From Yuukianura sp. NJ FZ-2021 (taxonomy: Eukaryota), in assembly GCA_046563655.1 (NCBI GenBank), contig CM102284.1:5456001-5520000 (forward strand): a stretch of DNA of 64,000 bases, given 5' to 3'. Shown here piece after piece: positions 1 through 10,800 of this stretch. The notes under the pieces are model-generated. The model saw only the letters and a list, made by a program, of their open reading frames with translations, was not told the DNA's origin and searched no databases. Numbering within the stretch: position 1 is the stretch's first letter; every line of letters starts with the position of its first letter. The position numbers and the translations under genes were made by a program.

Positions 1-3000
1 CAGCAACTGCTGATTGATGACCAAGCACAGGAAATTGAGGTAACTATTTCCCAACTATTTTTATTTTTTTGGAGAATCTTAGTTTTACGTCCACTTTTGA
101 CACAAGTTTGTTTTTAAGCCAACGCCTCTTATCCCAGAAGAAATTTTTGTTGGACTCGTAAAAAGCGAAGTCTGACTGCGAAGTAATTAATTTTGAAAAA
201 CTTTCTGGTTAGCTTGAATTCAATGAATTTTTTAATTTTTCTTGTTTTCCAAAACAAGTAGAAAGTTCATTTCCATGCAATGTCATCTGAACTTTTGAAA
301 TTCGATTTTTCATGAATTTCTGCAGAGATTTCTTTGCGGAAGGGTGCAAAGGCAAACTTGATTTTAACATGGCATATGGAAAAGAGCGTTTTGAATTGAG
401 AAGTAAGGGGTGTTTGTAAGGAGCTTTCGATTGACGATAGTTTAGTAATCATAGTAATTGAGAAAACACGCTTTTTTGGTTTACAGTAGACTAACTTCTA
501 AGTAGGATCTAATGATTTAATTGGCACTTTTGAGTCTACTAACTTCATTTCTCGAACACAAAGTAATGAAGAAGTAACTTAACTTTCGTTAGTTTCTCCA
601 CGATGAGGCCAAAGTACACTAACGTATTCCGCTGTGATGATAAGACAGGTCAATTTCTCAATGCCTAACATTTGCGCATAAGTTTTTAGTTTTTCACTTT
701 GCACTTTTCAGAAAAATGATGAAGTACAAGGAAACATGGTTTAAATTTTTATTTTTAAGAAAAGTGATATATGCTACAGAAAACATGAAAGTTGCACACA
801 GAAGAACATGAAAGTTGTGTTGTAAAAATATCCATTGTTCAGTTTTTCATTGCAAATCACATAAAATGAAGTTGTCAGTTTTACAATCATTGAACACGCA
901 ACTTTCTTCCTGTTTTCCAAAAAATTGTTGTTCATTTTTCTCTCGTGCTTGTCTGTGATTTTCTAAAGTTCTTATAAAATAGAAATCATTTCCATATTTC
1001 ATTTTTATAGTTTGGTTTTGAAATTTTTAATTTTTAAACATTTTGAGGTATAACCCTTTTTCCGAACTGTTCACGATTTTTTCTAGCTAAACTGAAAATG
1101 TGAATTTTTCTGATGGCGTCGAACCGCATCTCACAATTCAATTTTTTTTTCTCGGAATAGTTAATTTTTTGTTTGATTTCGTAAAGAAAATATGCAACTC
1201 GGAGGTTGTAAATGCAGTTTGGGTTTCGAACAAAGAAAAAGTTGCGAAATTCTTGAAAAATTAGTAGGTACTCTGTCTTGGAACGGAACGAAATTGCACG
1301 TTTGAAATGAATGTTGACCTCACGGTGTAGACCGCGATTCATGTCTATTATGGGTTTAGGAAAAAATGAAAAAATTGAAGGGTTAGGGAGGTCAGTTTGC
1401 GAAAAAAGTTTTATTGCAAATTGTGAATTGAAAATTGCACATTGCATTTTTCCGTGTCTAGCCTCCGGCTTTGTTCTGCTCAACCTTTTACTAAAAGTGC
1501 AATAATTCACGAAAACGGTTTAAATTTTAATGATATGAATGAATACTTTTAAAATTTAAACAAGAAAGGGAGTATAAGTTTTCTAAAGTAAACATAACAG
1601 TAAAAGGATTGGCAATTAACTGTTGTTGTGTACCTTAATTAAATTGCGGAAGAAAGGCGTAAATCATTTAAGACGCTTATGTTTATAAACTACCTTGAAT
1701 CTGCTCTTTTTGTTTAATGTGATTTGCCTGTGGGCTGTCAGTGTTGTATTGAATTCGTTCATACACTTTTCATTTTCTATTGTTCTTTCTCCTTGTAGTG
1801 AAAAAAAGCTAATGATCTCTCAACTATTTCCTTTTTGAGAAGATGCGTTTGCGTAGGCTTGGAATTTTTACGTGATCTTTTGGTGTGATATAAGCTACGT
1901 CCTGGTCTCCTGCTGGTTCTACTAGCGATGTACCATATAAGTAAAAGGGGGAGTAATTTTTAGTAGTGCAGAAGCGGGTAAGGAAGTTTATAAAAGGATT
2001 TTCCTGGTTCCAAATAAACTTTGAAATCCGTTTTTAACCTTAAAAGAGGGAAAGTTGCCAAGTTTGTGATAATTTTGACGCTGAACAGGACAAACGTACA
2101 AATTGAGAAATTAAAAATTTAGCAATAATGTTGTATTATTTTCGGAAATCTTGTCCTAAGTGCTATGCAAGGTTATTTAAAATTTCAAAACAAAAACCTC
2201 ATAAGTTGAACCTCATTGTATCTAATTCTTGGTTTAATCGGCCATCAGACAGAAGTTTAAAGTTTGGATGGCGTTGAATTCATTCTCCGTAACTTTTAAA
2301 CTAATTTTTTGTTTTTATTTGCAGTTTCTTTCAAAACAAGTTGCAACGATGAAGGAAGACAATTTGAATCGATCTAAATTCTATGAGCAACTGGAAACGT
2401 CCTTGTTTGATCTGGAGCGAACAAATCAGCAATTGGTTCAGAAGAGTGAGTACGACAAGAAGCGGATTTTGAGGTAACACTAAAGTTTAAATTGAAAATC
2501 TAGCTTGAAATTGTGAAATTTTGATAAGATTTAAATTTGGTTTGTTTTTTGAATTGCAGCATGTGTGAGAACATTGATTACTTGGAGAGGAAATGTGAAG
2601 AATTGAGTGGGACACTGGAAACAATCAGAGATGCAAATAATAAAAAACGTTACAATCATGGCGGCAGGTACCACCATGGACCTGATTACTTCAGTTACAC
2701 CGGAAGTACAGATTCGTCTGAAGAGGAAGTCTACAGTAGTGGATTCAGGAAGAGAGCACAAAGTCTCCAAGATTTAAGGTATATCATTTTAAAAGTAATC
2801 GATTAATTGCGGAGAATGGAAGTTGACATTTTTCACTTTTGATTTTGCAGAGACTTCACACCTTCCCCATATGATGAATTTGACTCCTCACATTCACATT
2901 CCAATAGTCCAGATCTGAAAACCTCTGAAAATGAATTCATTCAGACGCTCGAAAGTCGTGTGGAAGAACTGATTCAAGCCAAGAAAAAAGAGAGTGCTAG

Positions 3001-4313
3001 AATTACTCAGTTGGAAGCCAAGTTGAGGTTACTTACTCAGGTAATTATGAAATTTGGTGTAAATTATAAAAAAAAAAGTGTGGTAAATTACAGACCTACT
3101 AATTTGCTAAAAGTGATTTATGTGCCTAATTTCCCACATATTTTGGTTTTTCCTTCCAGGAAAATACGAACTTGCAGCAACAGCTTTCTCACGTTACTTC
3201 AGAAAAGCAGGAAGAATTGAATCGGTTACGAAACGAACTCGAAAAGTATACGAAACCGCCGCCGTCCAGTTCAGACACAACTGTTTCCACTGCAGCGGTC
3301 AAGCCGAATGCTGGCCTTCACAGTCCGTCCATTAAAGCAAAGGCTGGCGCCAATCTCCCACATCCATCACCAGAAGAGTCTCCTCCTAAGGATCATATTT
3401 GTAGACGCTGTGCCATGGAAATCAATGTTCTGAACTTGGTCAATTCCATTGAATATGAAAATGATGACTACTCGTCACTGGAATTTGAGTTAGCAAGAGC
3501 CAGTGAATCCTTGTCAGCTGAAAGTTCCAGTCCAAGTTCCATCGATTCACCAATTTTTACACATGCCACTGCTCAACATCCAAATGGAATCGAAAGTACT
3601 TTTGAACCCGGATTTCTCGACTACTTTTTTGGAACAAATAGTATTTTGAAGAAAATCCACTTGAAACGAACTTCTGAAGACAATGCTGCTGGAGTTGGCA
3701 TTGGGCCTAAAAAGTCCAAGGGATCCAGTGGCAGTGAAGACGAAGATTCATCAATCACAAAAGACTTTGGAATTGAAAAATATGACAAAGTTTATGCAGA
3801 AGGAAGATCGCCGGATGCCAACGCGACGCCTCTTTTTAGACGAAAGTTGAAACTGCCTGAGAAAATTGACGATGAGAGCCTCAGTCCAAGTCCAGCCAAA
3901 TCAAACTTTGATGAGAACATGCTCTGTGATGCTGCCGAAGTCTCTGTTGGTTTGAAGAGTCGGTCTAAGGTAAGTCGTTTCCTGCAGCAATTCTTGCATG
4001 ATTTGACCCTTGCAAGAGGTCAACTTTTACTTATTTTATTGTTTCTTTTCTCTTGTAGTTATGGTGGCTGGTATGGTTGGCTCTCATGGTTTTGGGAACT
4101 GTTCAACTTTTGTGGCAAACGACCAGACTTGTGTTTTGGTTCATTTTGACTGCCCTACTGCCTCGCAGCGGTTGTTCTAGTGCCAAATCCAGCAGTAGTC
4201 CTTCTATTAAACCTTCGACTATCTTCCCTAACAATGATTTCAAATCACATTGTGCATACTTTCCGAGCTCAAGACTTCAAACTAGTAAAGTGCCGTCCGC
4301 TTCATATGCCTAA
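1..4313 (+). CDS. Cerebellar degeneration-related protein 2 (CDR2/CDR2L/centrocortin)-like coiled-coil protein, 5'-partial. Exons approx <1-39, 2325-2473, 2560-2778, 2851-3040, 3160-3969, 4059-4313
   Basis: Spliced translation QQLLIDDQAQEIE|FLSKQVATMKEDNLNRSKFYEQLETSLFDLERTNQQLVQKSEYDKKRILSMCENIDYLERKCEEL resembles the CDR2 N-terminal coiled coil as I recall it (QEIEYLTKQV..KVYEQLD..LEETNQKLV..KILSL). All introns are GT-AG and keep the frame. Confidence 0.75.
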
Positions 4314-4985
4314 AACTGCGAAGTAGTTGTTAGCTGTCTCTCTAGAACTATTCTTCTTCAAATGTAAGTAATTTTTGACCTTTTCATTCCCAAGCATGAA
4401 TTTGTAAAATTTGAATTCTAAAAATTTGATTGTGATTCGCAGGGTTGTGCCAAGATCATAAAGGAAATTAAGGAACCAAGACAAAGTACAAATTATAACA
4501 CTTCCAAGACAATCCTCAAGAGACAACTCCTCGTCAACGTCTTTTCTGTTCTTCAACAACGGAACGTAATTCCCGTTATCAATAATAGTCGGGTCAAAGT
4601 CTTTGGAGTAACAGGTCTCTAAAAACAGTTTCAAAATTGTTCTCCAATTGATTCTAAAAAGGAAAAAGTTACTGGAAATTAAGAAAATTGGACAATCGCT
4701 CTAAATTTTTCCAAAGTTTTGCCATTTTAATTTATTTTGCGCAATTAATTACAAGTAAAATGTGTAGATACTAAAGAATTTAAAATAACTATATCTTTTT
4801 GTGTCATTCTGAATTTGCTACCAATTTAATCATAAATATAATCTTCAAAAAATTAAATAAAAGTAGTAGATCATGAATAATTGTTAGGATTTTAATAGAT
4901 TTTTAGGCTGTTTGACCTTTGTATTGTTAGGATGACCTTGTACGACCTTAGAAACATCAAATTTTAAACTGAAATGTAGATTTTA

Positions 4986-5699
4986 CTAAAAAGCAGTGTT
5001 GGGAAGCACTGAAATAAGTATGGAACCATAGACTCCGACGACAAGAGGGTGAAATGTGGAACATGGAGCAGCTTGGACAGGAATCGCAATTTCTTTCAAA
5101 ATTTGACCTGCGGTTAACCTCTTACAAGTCCTTCCGTTGATACAGACACACATGAACTCTTGAGTTGTATCGTTCCACGAGGTCTGAGCATCTTGAATTG
5201 CTTTTCCAATTTTTCCTGGCATCTCTTCCGGAGCTCGACCGACAAAATATGATGACGCACAAGTCCGATTGGTGCCACATCCATAGTATTTGTCATAGGG
5301 ATCGCAACGATAATTTGTGTCCACTTGGCAAGTACTTAGGAAGTGAGCAATTACTAGGGTAAATCCAGGACGACATTCGCAATATCCTTGAGAAACGCAC
5401 GTCAACTTGGGGTGACACAATCGACCTCGGCCGTACTGCTTCAGAAAGTTCTTGACTTGAATGTCCCTTGGGTCACTTCTATTGAACGCTTTGCGTTCAA
5501 ATCCGACAAGCATAATGTACTGTTCATAGATGTCCAGACCATCCGGATCCGATGGTGAACACTTCTCACCCAAATTCTGGAAGCGAAATCCAAGCATGAA
5601 CTGTTCCCAATCATAATCGTCGTCTTCTTGTTGTGTAGCGGCGAACGCAAGGACAGTCAGAGACAGCAGCGCTAGCGGAATGGAGATCACGGGTTTCAT
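4986..5699 (-). CDS. Intronless secreted/cell-surface Cys-rich protein (EB/EGF-like Cys spacing), function unknown
   Basis: The ORF from MKPVISIPLALLSLTVLAFA has a signal peptide, CVSQGYCECRPGF and other Cys clusters, and a hydrophobic C-terminus (GPI-signal-like). An upstream in-frame ATG at 5762 is a less likely start. Confidence 0.75.
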   Translation of the reverse strand: MKPVISIPLALLSLTVLAFAATQQEDDDYDWEQFMLGFRFQNLGEKCSPSDPDGLDIYEQYIMLVGFERKAFNRSDPRDIQVKNFLKQYGRGRLCHPKLTCVSQGYCECRPGFTLVIAHFLSTCQVDTNYRCDPYDKYYGCGTNRTCASSYFVGRAPEEMPGKIGKAIQDAQTSWNDTTQEFMCVCINGRTCKRLTAGQILKEIAIPVQAAPCSTFHPLVVGVYGSILISVLPNTAF

Positions 5700-6089
5700 T
5701 TTGGCTGTATTTTGCGTCCAGTTTCTTAGTAAGATGTGTAGCATTGACCGTTTACGCAGCATAAACTATTCTTCAAAAGTTACATAAAATCGTATTGGCA
5801 TAGTTACTATTTGATTTTAAAAGTTTTTTTAATCAATTTTTTATAAAATTTTGAAAATTCTGAGAGAACTCTGTGGGGGTCAGAGTCCAAGGCTTCAAAA
5901 ACTCATCTGCAAAATTCTACGAAATCCTACTCACATTGGTTCATGGATTTTGTAAAAAAAAAAAATCATTAACAATTTTCTTTTCAATTTTAAGTTTTTA
6001 TATGCGTAAAAAATATTTAGGTCAATAGGAACACAGTCGCGAAGAAATTGGCAAATTATTGCATTCTGTTCCTGAGATATGAATTTTTA

Positions 6090-6510
6090 AAGTTTTTGAA
6101 TTTTTTTAAATTTTGGAAAGAGATTTTACACAGCAAGATTGGAAGCTCCTCTGAAAAACTGTCCGGAGCTATGCGGAGATTAGGCGACACAGAAGGGCTC
6201 CTCTCCTTCCTCAACTTTTTCCCCGCTGGCGGCCTCCCCATACAAAAAGCACACAAGACCAAAAGACCTATCTCGCCTCTTCGCTTCGTATAATCTCCGA
6301 TCTACTTTTTGGCTCTCCCGAAGGCCTCCCATGCAAAAGACTCTTTCAAAAACTTCCAAAAACACATGCATAATTCCTCATTTAAAAATTCTTTAAAATT
6401 TCAAACTTGCAGCGACTTCTGTGACTCCATCGCTCCACTCAAGTTGCAAAGCATCTTTTCGCATAATTTAATGCAAAAATTTTCGCAAAAAAGCGCACAT
6501 TCAAATTCAA
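6090..6510. repeat. Diverged interspersed repeat, family A copy 1
   Basis: Shares AAATTTTGGAAAGAGATTT, AAACTGTCCGGAGCTATGCGG, GGCTCCTC, CCCATACAAAA and TTTCGCATAATT in the same order with 7040-7420. Its 6320-6410 part matches about 60395-60475. Confidence 0.75.
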
Positions 6511-7039
6511 AATATGCTCGTTTTAAAAAATTCAGCAGTTAAATTGTAAAACAACATTTCGCTTTAATTTGGTACAAAATTTTCCAAACACATTTTTTAG
6601 AATTTTATCAAATTTTGAAAAATGGGAAATCGAATTTTCAGAGAGTTCCTCAACGTTGTATAAAAAAGTAATAACTTCAGGTAAGGTATGCCTGTGCGTA
6701 ATACATAGACAGAATTGTTTTAAATTTTAACTAGCGTCTAAACCAAATCACAAAAAAAAACTTCCACTTATATTGAACAAAATTTTGAATTTTCACCTTT
6801 ACAGCGATTTTTTTGGATCAAGCGCTAGCTCATTGATCCAAAATAGTATTTCATGTAATTTGGTGCAAAAATTTCGCAAAAAATGCACCTTCAAAATTTT
6901 GATGAAGAGATTTTGTTAAAAATTAGTAAAAATTTCGATTTCGGTTTTTTTGGACTTGAAATATTCTAGAGATCATTGTGAATTTAGGTGTGAAGAGATT
7001 AGCTCTCTAACGCAATTCGTTCAAGAGATGTGAATTTTT

Positions 7040-7420
7040 AAATTTTTTTAATTTTCTGAAATTTTGGAAAGAGATTTAACATTGCAGAGGGGTAGGCTCT
7101 GCTTGGAAACTGTCCGGAGCTATGCGGGGATCGTACGGTCCTGAAAGGCTCCTCGCCTTTCTCAACATTTTTCCCACTACTGGACTGGCGGCATTCCCAT
7201 ACAAAAGCCAGGTAAGGCACTCCTCCTATTCACCTTTTCGCTCCGTATAATCCCCTATCTCAAATCGACCAAATTCACTCCGGACACTTTCCAATTTCTC
7301 AAATCACAAAATTCGTAATAATTTCAACTTTTTTGCAATTTCTGCGGCAACATCGGCCGGCTCGAGTTGCAGAATATTATTTCGCATAATTCTGTGCAAA
7401 TTTTTTACAGAATGCACCCC
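7040..7420. repeat. Diverged interspersed repeat, family A copy 2 (direct orientation)
   Basis: Colinear blocks shared with 6090-6510. Confidence 0.75.
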
Positions 7421-7856
7421 GTCCCCGATGATCAAAATTTTTGCAAATGTTGCTGGTTTCGGATTTTCAATAAATTCATGGATTAGATTTCAAAAACAAA
7501 GTAAATTAAATATTCGTTTATTTAATGCAGATTCAATGCTAAATTCTTAAAATAACCACTCAGATTTTTATGAAAGGTGGGACTGAGTAGAGGGAACGAA
7601 GTTAAATTAAGTCCTATACAATTAATCAGATTTAGACATCACAATTAACCATATTAAGTCAATTCTCAATCCTTTGATGTAAAAAAGAAAAACGATTTTA
7701 GCGTCCAGACTCAACGGCTGACGCATTGTTCTGAGTTGTCGATAGGAGCTTCGGAGAGGTTGCAAATCGCTTGGTACGCAGTCGCTGATGTACAAACGGC
7801 TCGATTCGCGTCAAATCCCTTTTCTCGTGACAAAGATTCACATGTCCATTTATATC

Positions 7857-10800
7857 CTACTGGCGATTCATTGATCCCTGAAGTGATTCGTTTTTCAGTA
7901 GGTCATATATTGTAAGAGCTTCACCGGGCGGAATGTTGTATCCCACCGAAAGTCCGGTTGGGTTCGATGGGGTTACACAGTCATCCGTTACTTCCTTTCG
8001 CAGTACTTTGTCAATATCCACGCTACTGAAAAATGCTACCGCCTGAGATACACATTACAAAAAGATTTCATTATTTCCTAGAGAAGATTTCACTTTTGGA
8101 AATAAATGAATTATTGATTGTCCTTGTCAATAGAAAGTCAAAGCCTACCTCCGGAATGTCATCCATCCCAAGATTATGGGAACAAAGAGATCTCGTGAGG
8201 AGATTCGTGATCTGAAGAGCCAAAGCCGCCTTGTATCTGTCTTCAGATTTTACCAAATATCTGACCTAAAAAGCACAAATAACAAAACAGGCTTGTAATC
8301 AATCTCATTTGTGCAGAATAAAAATTAATTTTGAAACTTACTTCGTCATGAACGCTTATACTGAATCGCCCTTTGATACCATACTTTTCAAACAGCCAAC
8401 GCATTGACGTTAGCATTAAATGCAAGTAATCCACAGCGGAACTCTGCACGACCCAATTGACCCGACTTGTCATGAACTAAGCCAAAAGAAAGCAAAATAA
8501 ACGAATTAGCAGAATCATCTCCGTAAACTTATAAATAAGATATGAATTCTCAAATGTTTTCAAATTGAAATCAGTGTTCCAGAAAAAATTCCTTCAAGGA
8601 GAAAAACATCCTCGAAATAAAAAGGAGTTCCTACATCTTGATGCACGACGGAAGGAACCAGTGACCTACTGATGGAACATCCAAGAATGGGCGTAACGGG
8701 ACATTCCATTTGAGCAATTTCTTCAAGACGATTAAACATAGGTGACTCTGTTCCTTCATCCCAAACGAGTTTTCGCACCAAATCCATGTAATCCTTCAAA
8801 AAAAATTCAAAAAGAGCTTACAATGAGATTTTCAAAAAACCGATCATGATTTTCTCAATTTACGGTAGGCGGATGTTCCAAACAATTGAGAAGAGCAAAC
8901 AATTCATCTCGCGTTAAGGGTCCCTCTTTCCTTTCACGTTCTGAAAACGATTTTAGAAGCTCCAGGCCTTCGTCATTGAGCAAATATTTTCTTTGACCCT
9001 GCAAAGATCACGAGAATTAAACAGTCATGCTTTTCGTACCAAATGTTCTTAATTAGTGTAATTTTCCAAAATACCTTCGTCATTTTGTACATCGTTCTGG
9101 CCTTGATTCGTGCCTCAGTAGTTGACAACTGGGGATTAAATTGCTTCAAGAGTCTCTCAGCATAAGTAACACCAGCACCGTAAATCCGTCCGTAATTCAA
9201 AACTTTGGCCTTGTCACGATCAATCCCAATCAACGAGGCCGTCTTCGAATGCATATCCGTTCCAGCATTCTTGGTCCCCTAGAAAAATTATAACATTAAA
9301 AAAACAATTCTCCGATTTAAGCGAATTCGCTCTCGTCATTAACCTGCAGCACCATCCAGCCCAATGCTGTTGATCCATGCATTCCAGCAAAATCGGCGTC
9401 TCCAATCACCGAAGCAATCCACAGTTCCTGTGAGTCAACATCAGCTCCAACAAAGTGATACCCTGGCGGAGCTTGAACTAATCCTTTCAGCTCTGAACCT
9501 ACACGATCCGTATATGCATTCGAAGCTGTCATCCACGTCTTTTCTACTGCTCGTCTTGTTAGAGTCCCCACTACTGATACCTGTATAACACAAATGCATT
9601 TACTATTACAATTTTGAACATTGTAGTCCATTCACGCCACTTATTCGCATAATAAACTTACTTGCGGTAAAATTGCACCGTATTCAAAGTTTTTCCGATG
9701 ATAATGCTCATTTTCGCTGAGCCAAACATCCATTTGTCCCATGATCCGATCTCGATTATTCCTCCAGTAAGACACCATTTTACTCAAACTAGGGAATTTA
9801 CAATTTAAAAAATTAGCCTTGCCAATTGTAATTTTTTAAAACGTATCAACCCAAAGACCCTTTACCATACAACTTTGTTAGCGACGTCTTCACCGGTAGC
9901 ACATGAAAGCGTTCCTTCCTGAATTTTGTTCAAAAAGTCCTTCGCAAGTGGATTTCCAACACGCAAGTTGTCGCCATCCTGGAATTACAAAAATCAAAAT
10001 AAATTGTTAAAAAAAGATGGATTTGTGAAGCCCAAACAGTTACACAAACCTTGTGCGGAAGTGGAATAAATTGGCAATTGGCATGAGGTGAAGCACCTTC
10101 GATGCTTCTAGGAAACGCTCCATTGCCTTTCTTTCGTTTTCGGCTAGGGTAGAAATTAAAAACGTTATTTTAGCACATGAAGTAAAAAATAATAAAATTT
10201 AATAACAAAAAAAAATCATGCAAAACCTACAGGCCAATACTCGAAATGGCGTCAAGGCCCTTCAGGAAATCTTTCAGTTCTTGTCCAACTTCCTCTCCGT
10301 TTGAACGCAGTTGACCTTCCATAACCCGAATTTGAGTCGAATCTTCTGATTTTTGAATTCTTTCAACCAGGGTGTCCCGACTCTTTTCCCATATTTGAAG
10401 CCATTGTCTGAAAATCAGAATTTTCGAATGATCCAACTAAATCGAACGTCTAGGTAATTCTTCTTACTCGTAAGGAAACTTGGCTAGCGAGTCTCCTTCG
10501 GCTTCTTCGTTGTTCTCAGCTGAATCTTCTCCAGCAATATTGACGCTGCCATCGTCTTTATCCACCGCTTCATAGTATGAATTGGTTGCTTTTCTGTTCT
10601 TGTCATCGCTAGATTTCACCAGGTATCCCCATCCGCCTTTTTTGGAATAGTGCAACGGAAATCCAAACCAGCACAAACGGAGCAGTTTTGGTGCCACTCG
10701 CATGGACGTGCTGATTTTACTAGGACCTGGCATGTAGTCTGGATCGCTTTCCTTTAAAAAAAAACAATTTTTTGGAATACTGCATGACAATATTTAAAAC

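Noticed and set aside
1034..1522. 158-aa ORF or possible element in the CDR2-like intron
   Set aside because: The translation looks non-coding. The terminal similarity (AACCCTTTTTCCGAA / TTCACGAAAACGGTT) is too degenerate to call, though a repeat relic is possible.
4302..4634. 110-aa minus-strand ORF touching the CDR2-like stop
   Set aside because: TTG start, low-information composition, and it lies in the probable 3'UTR.
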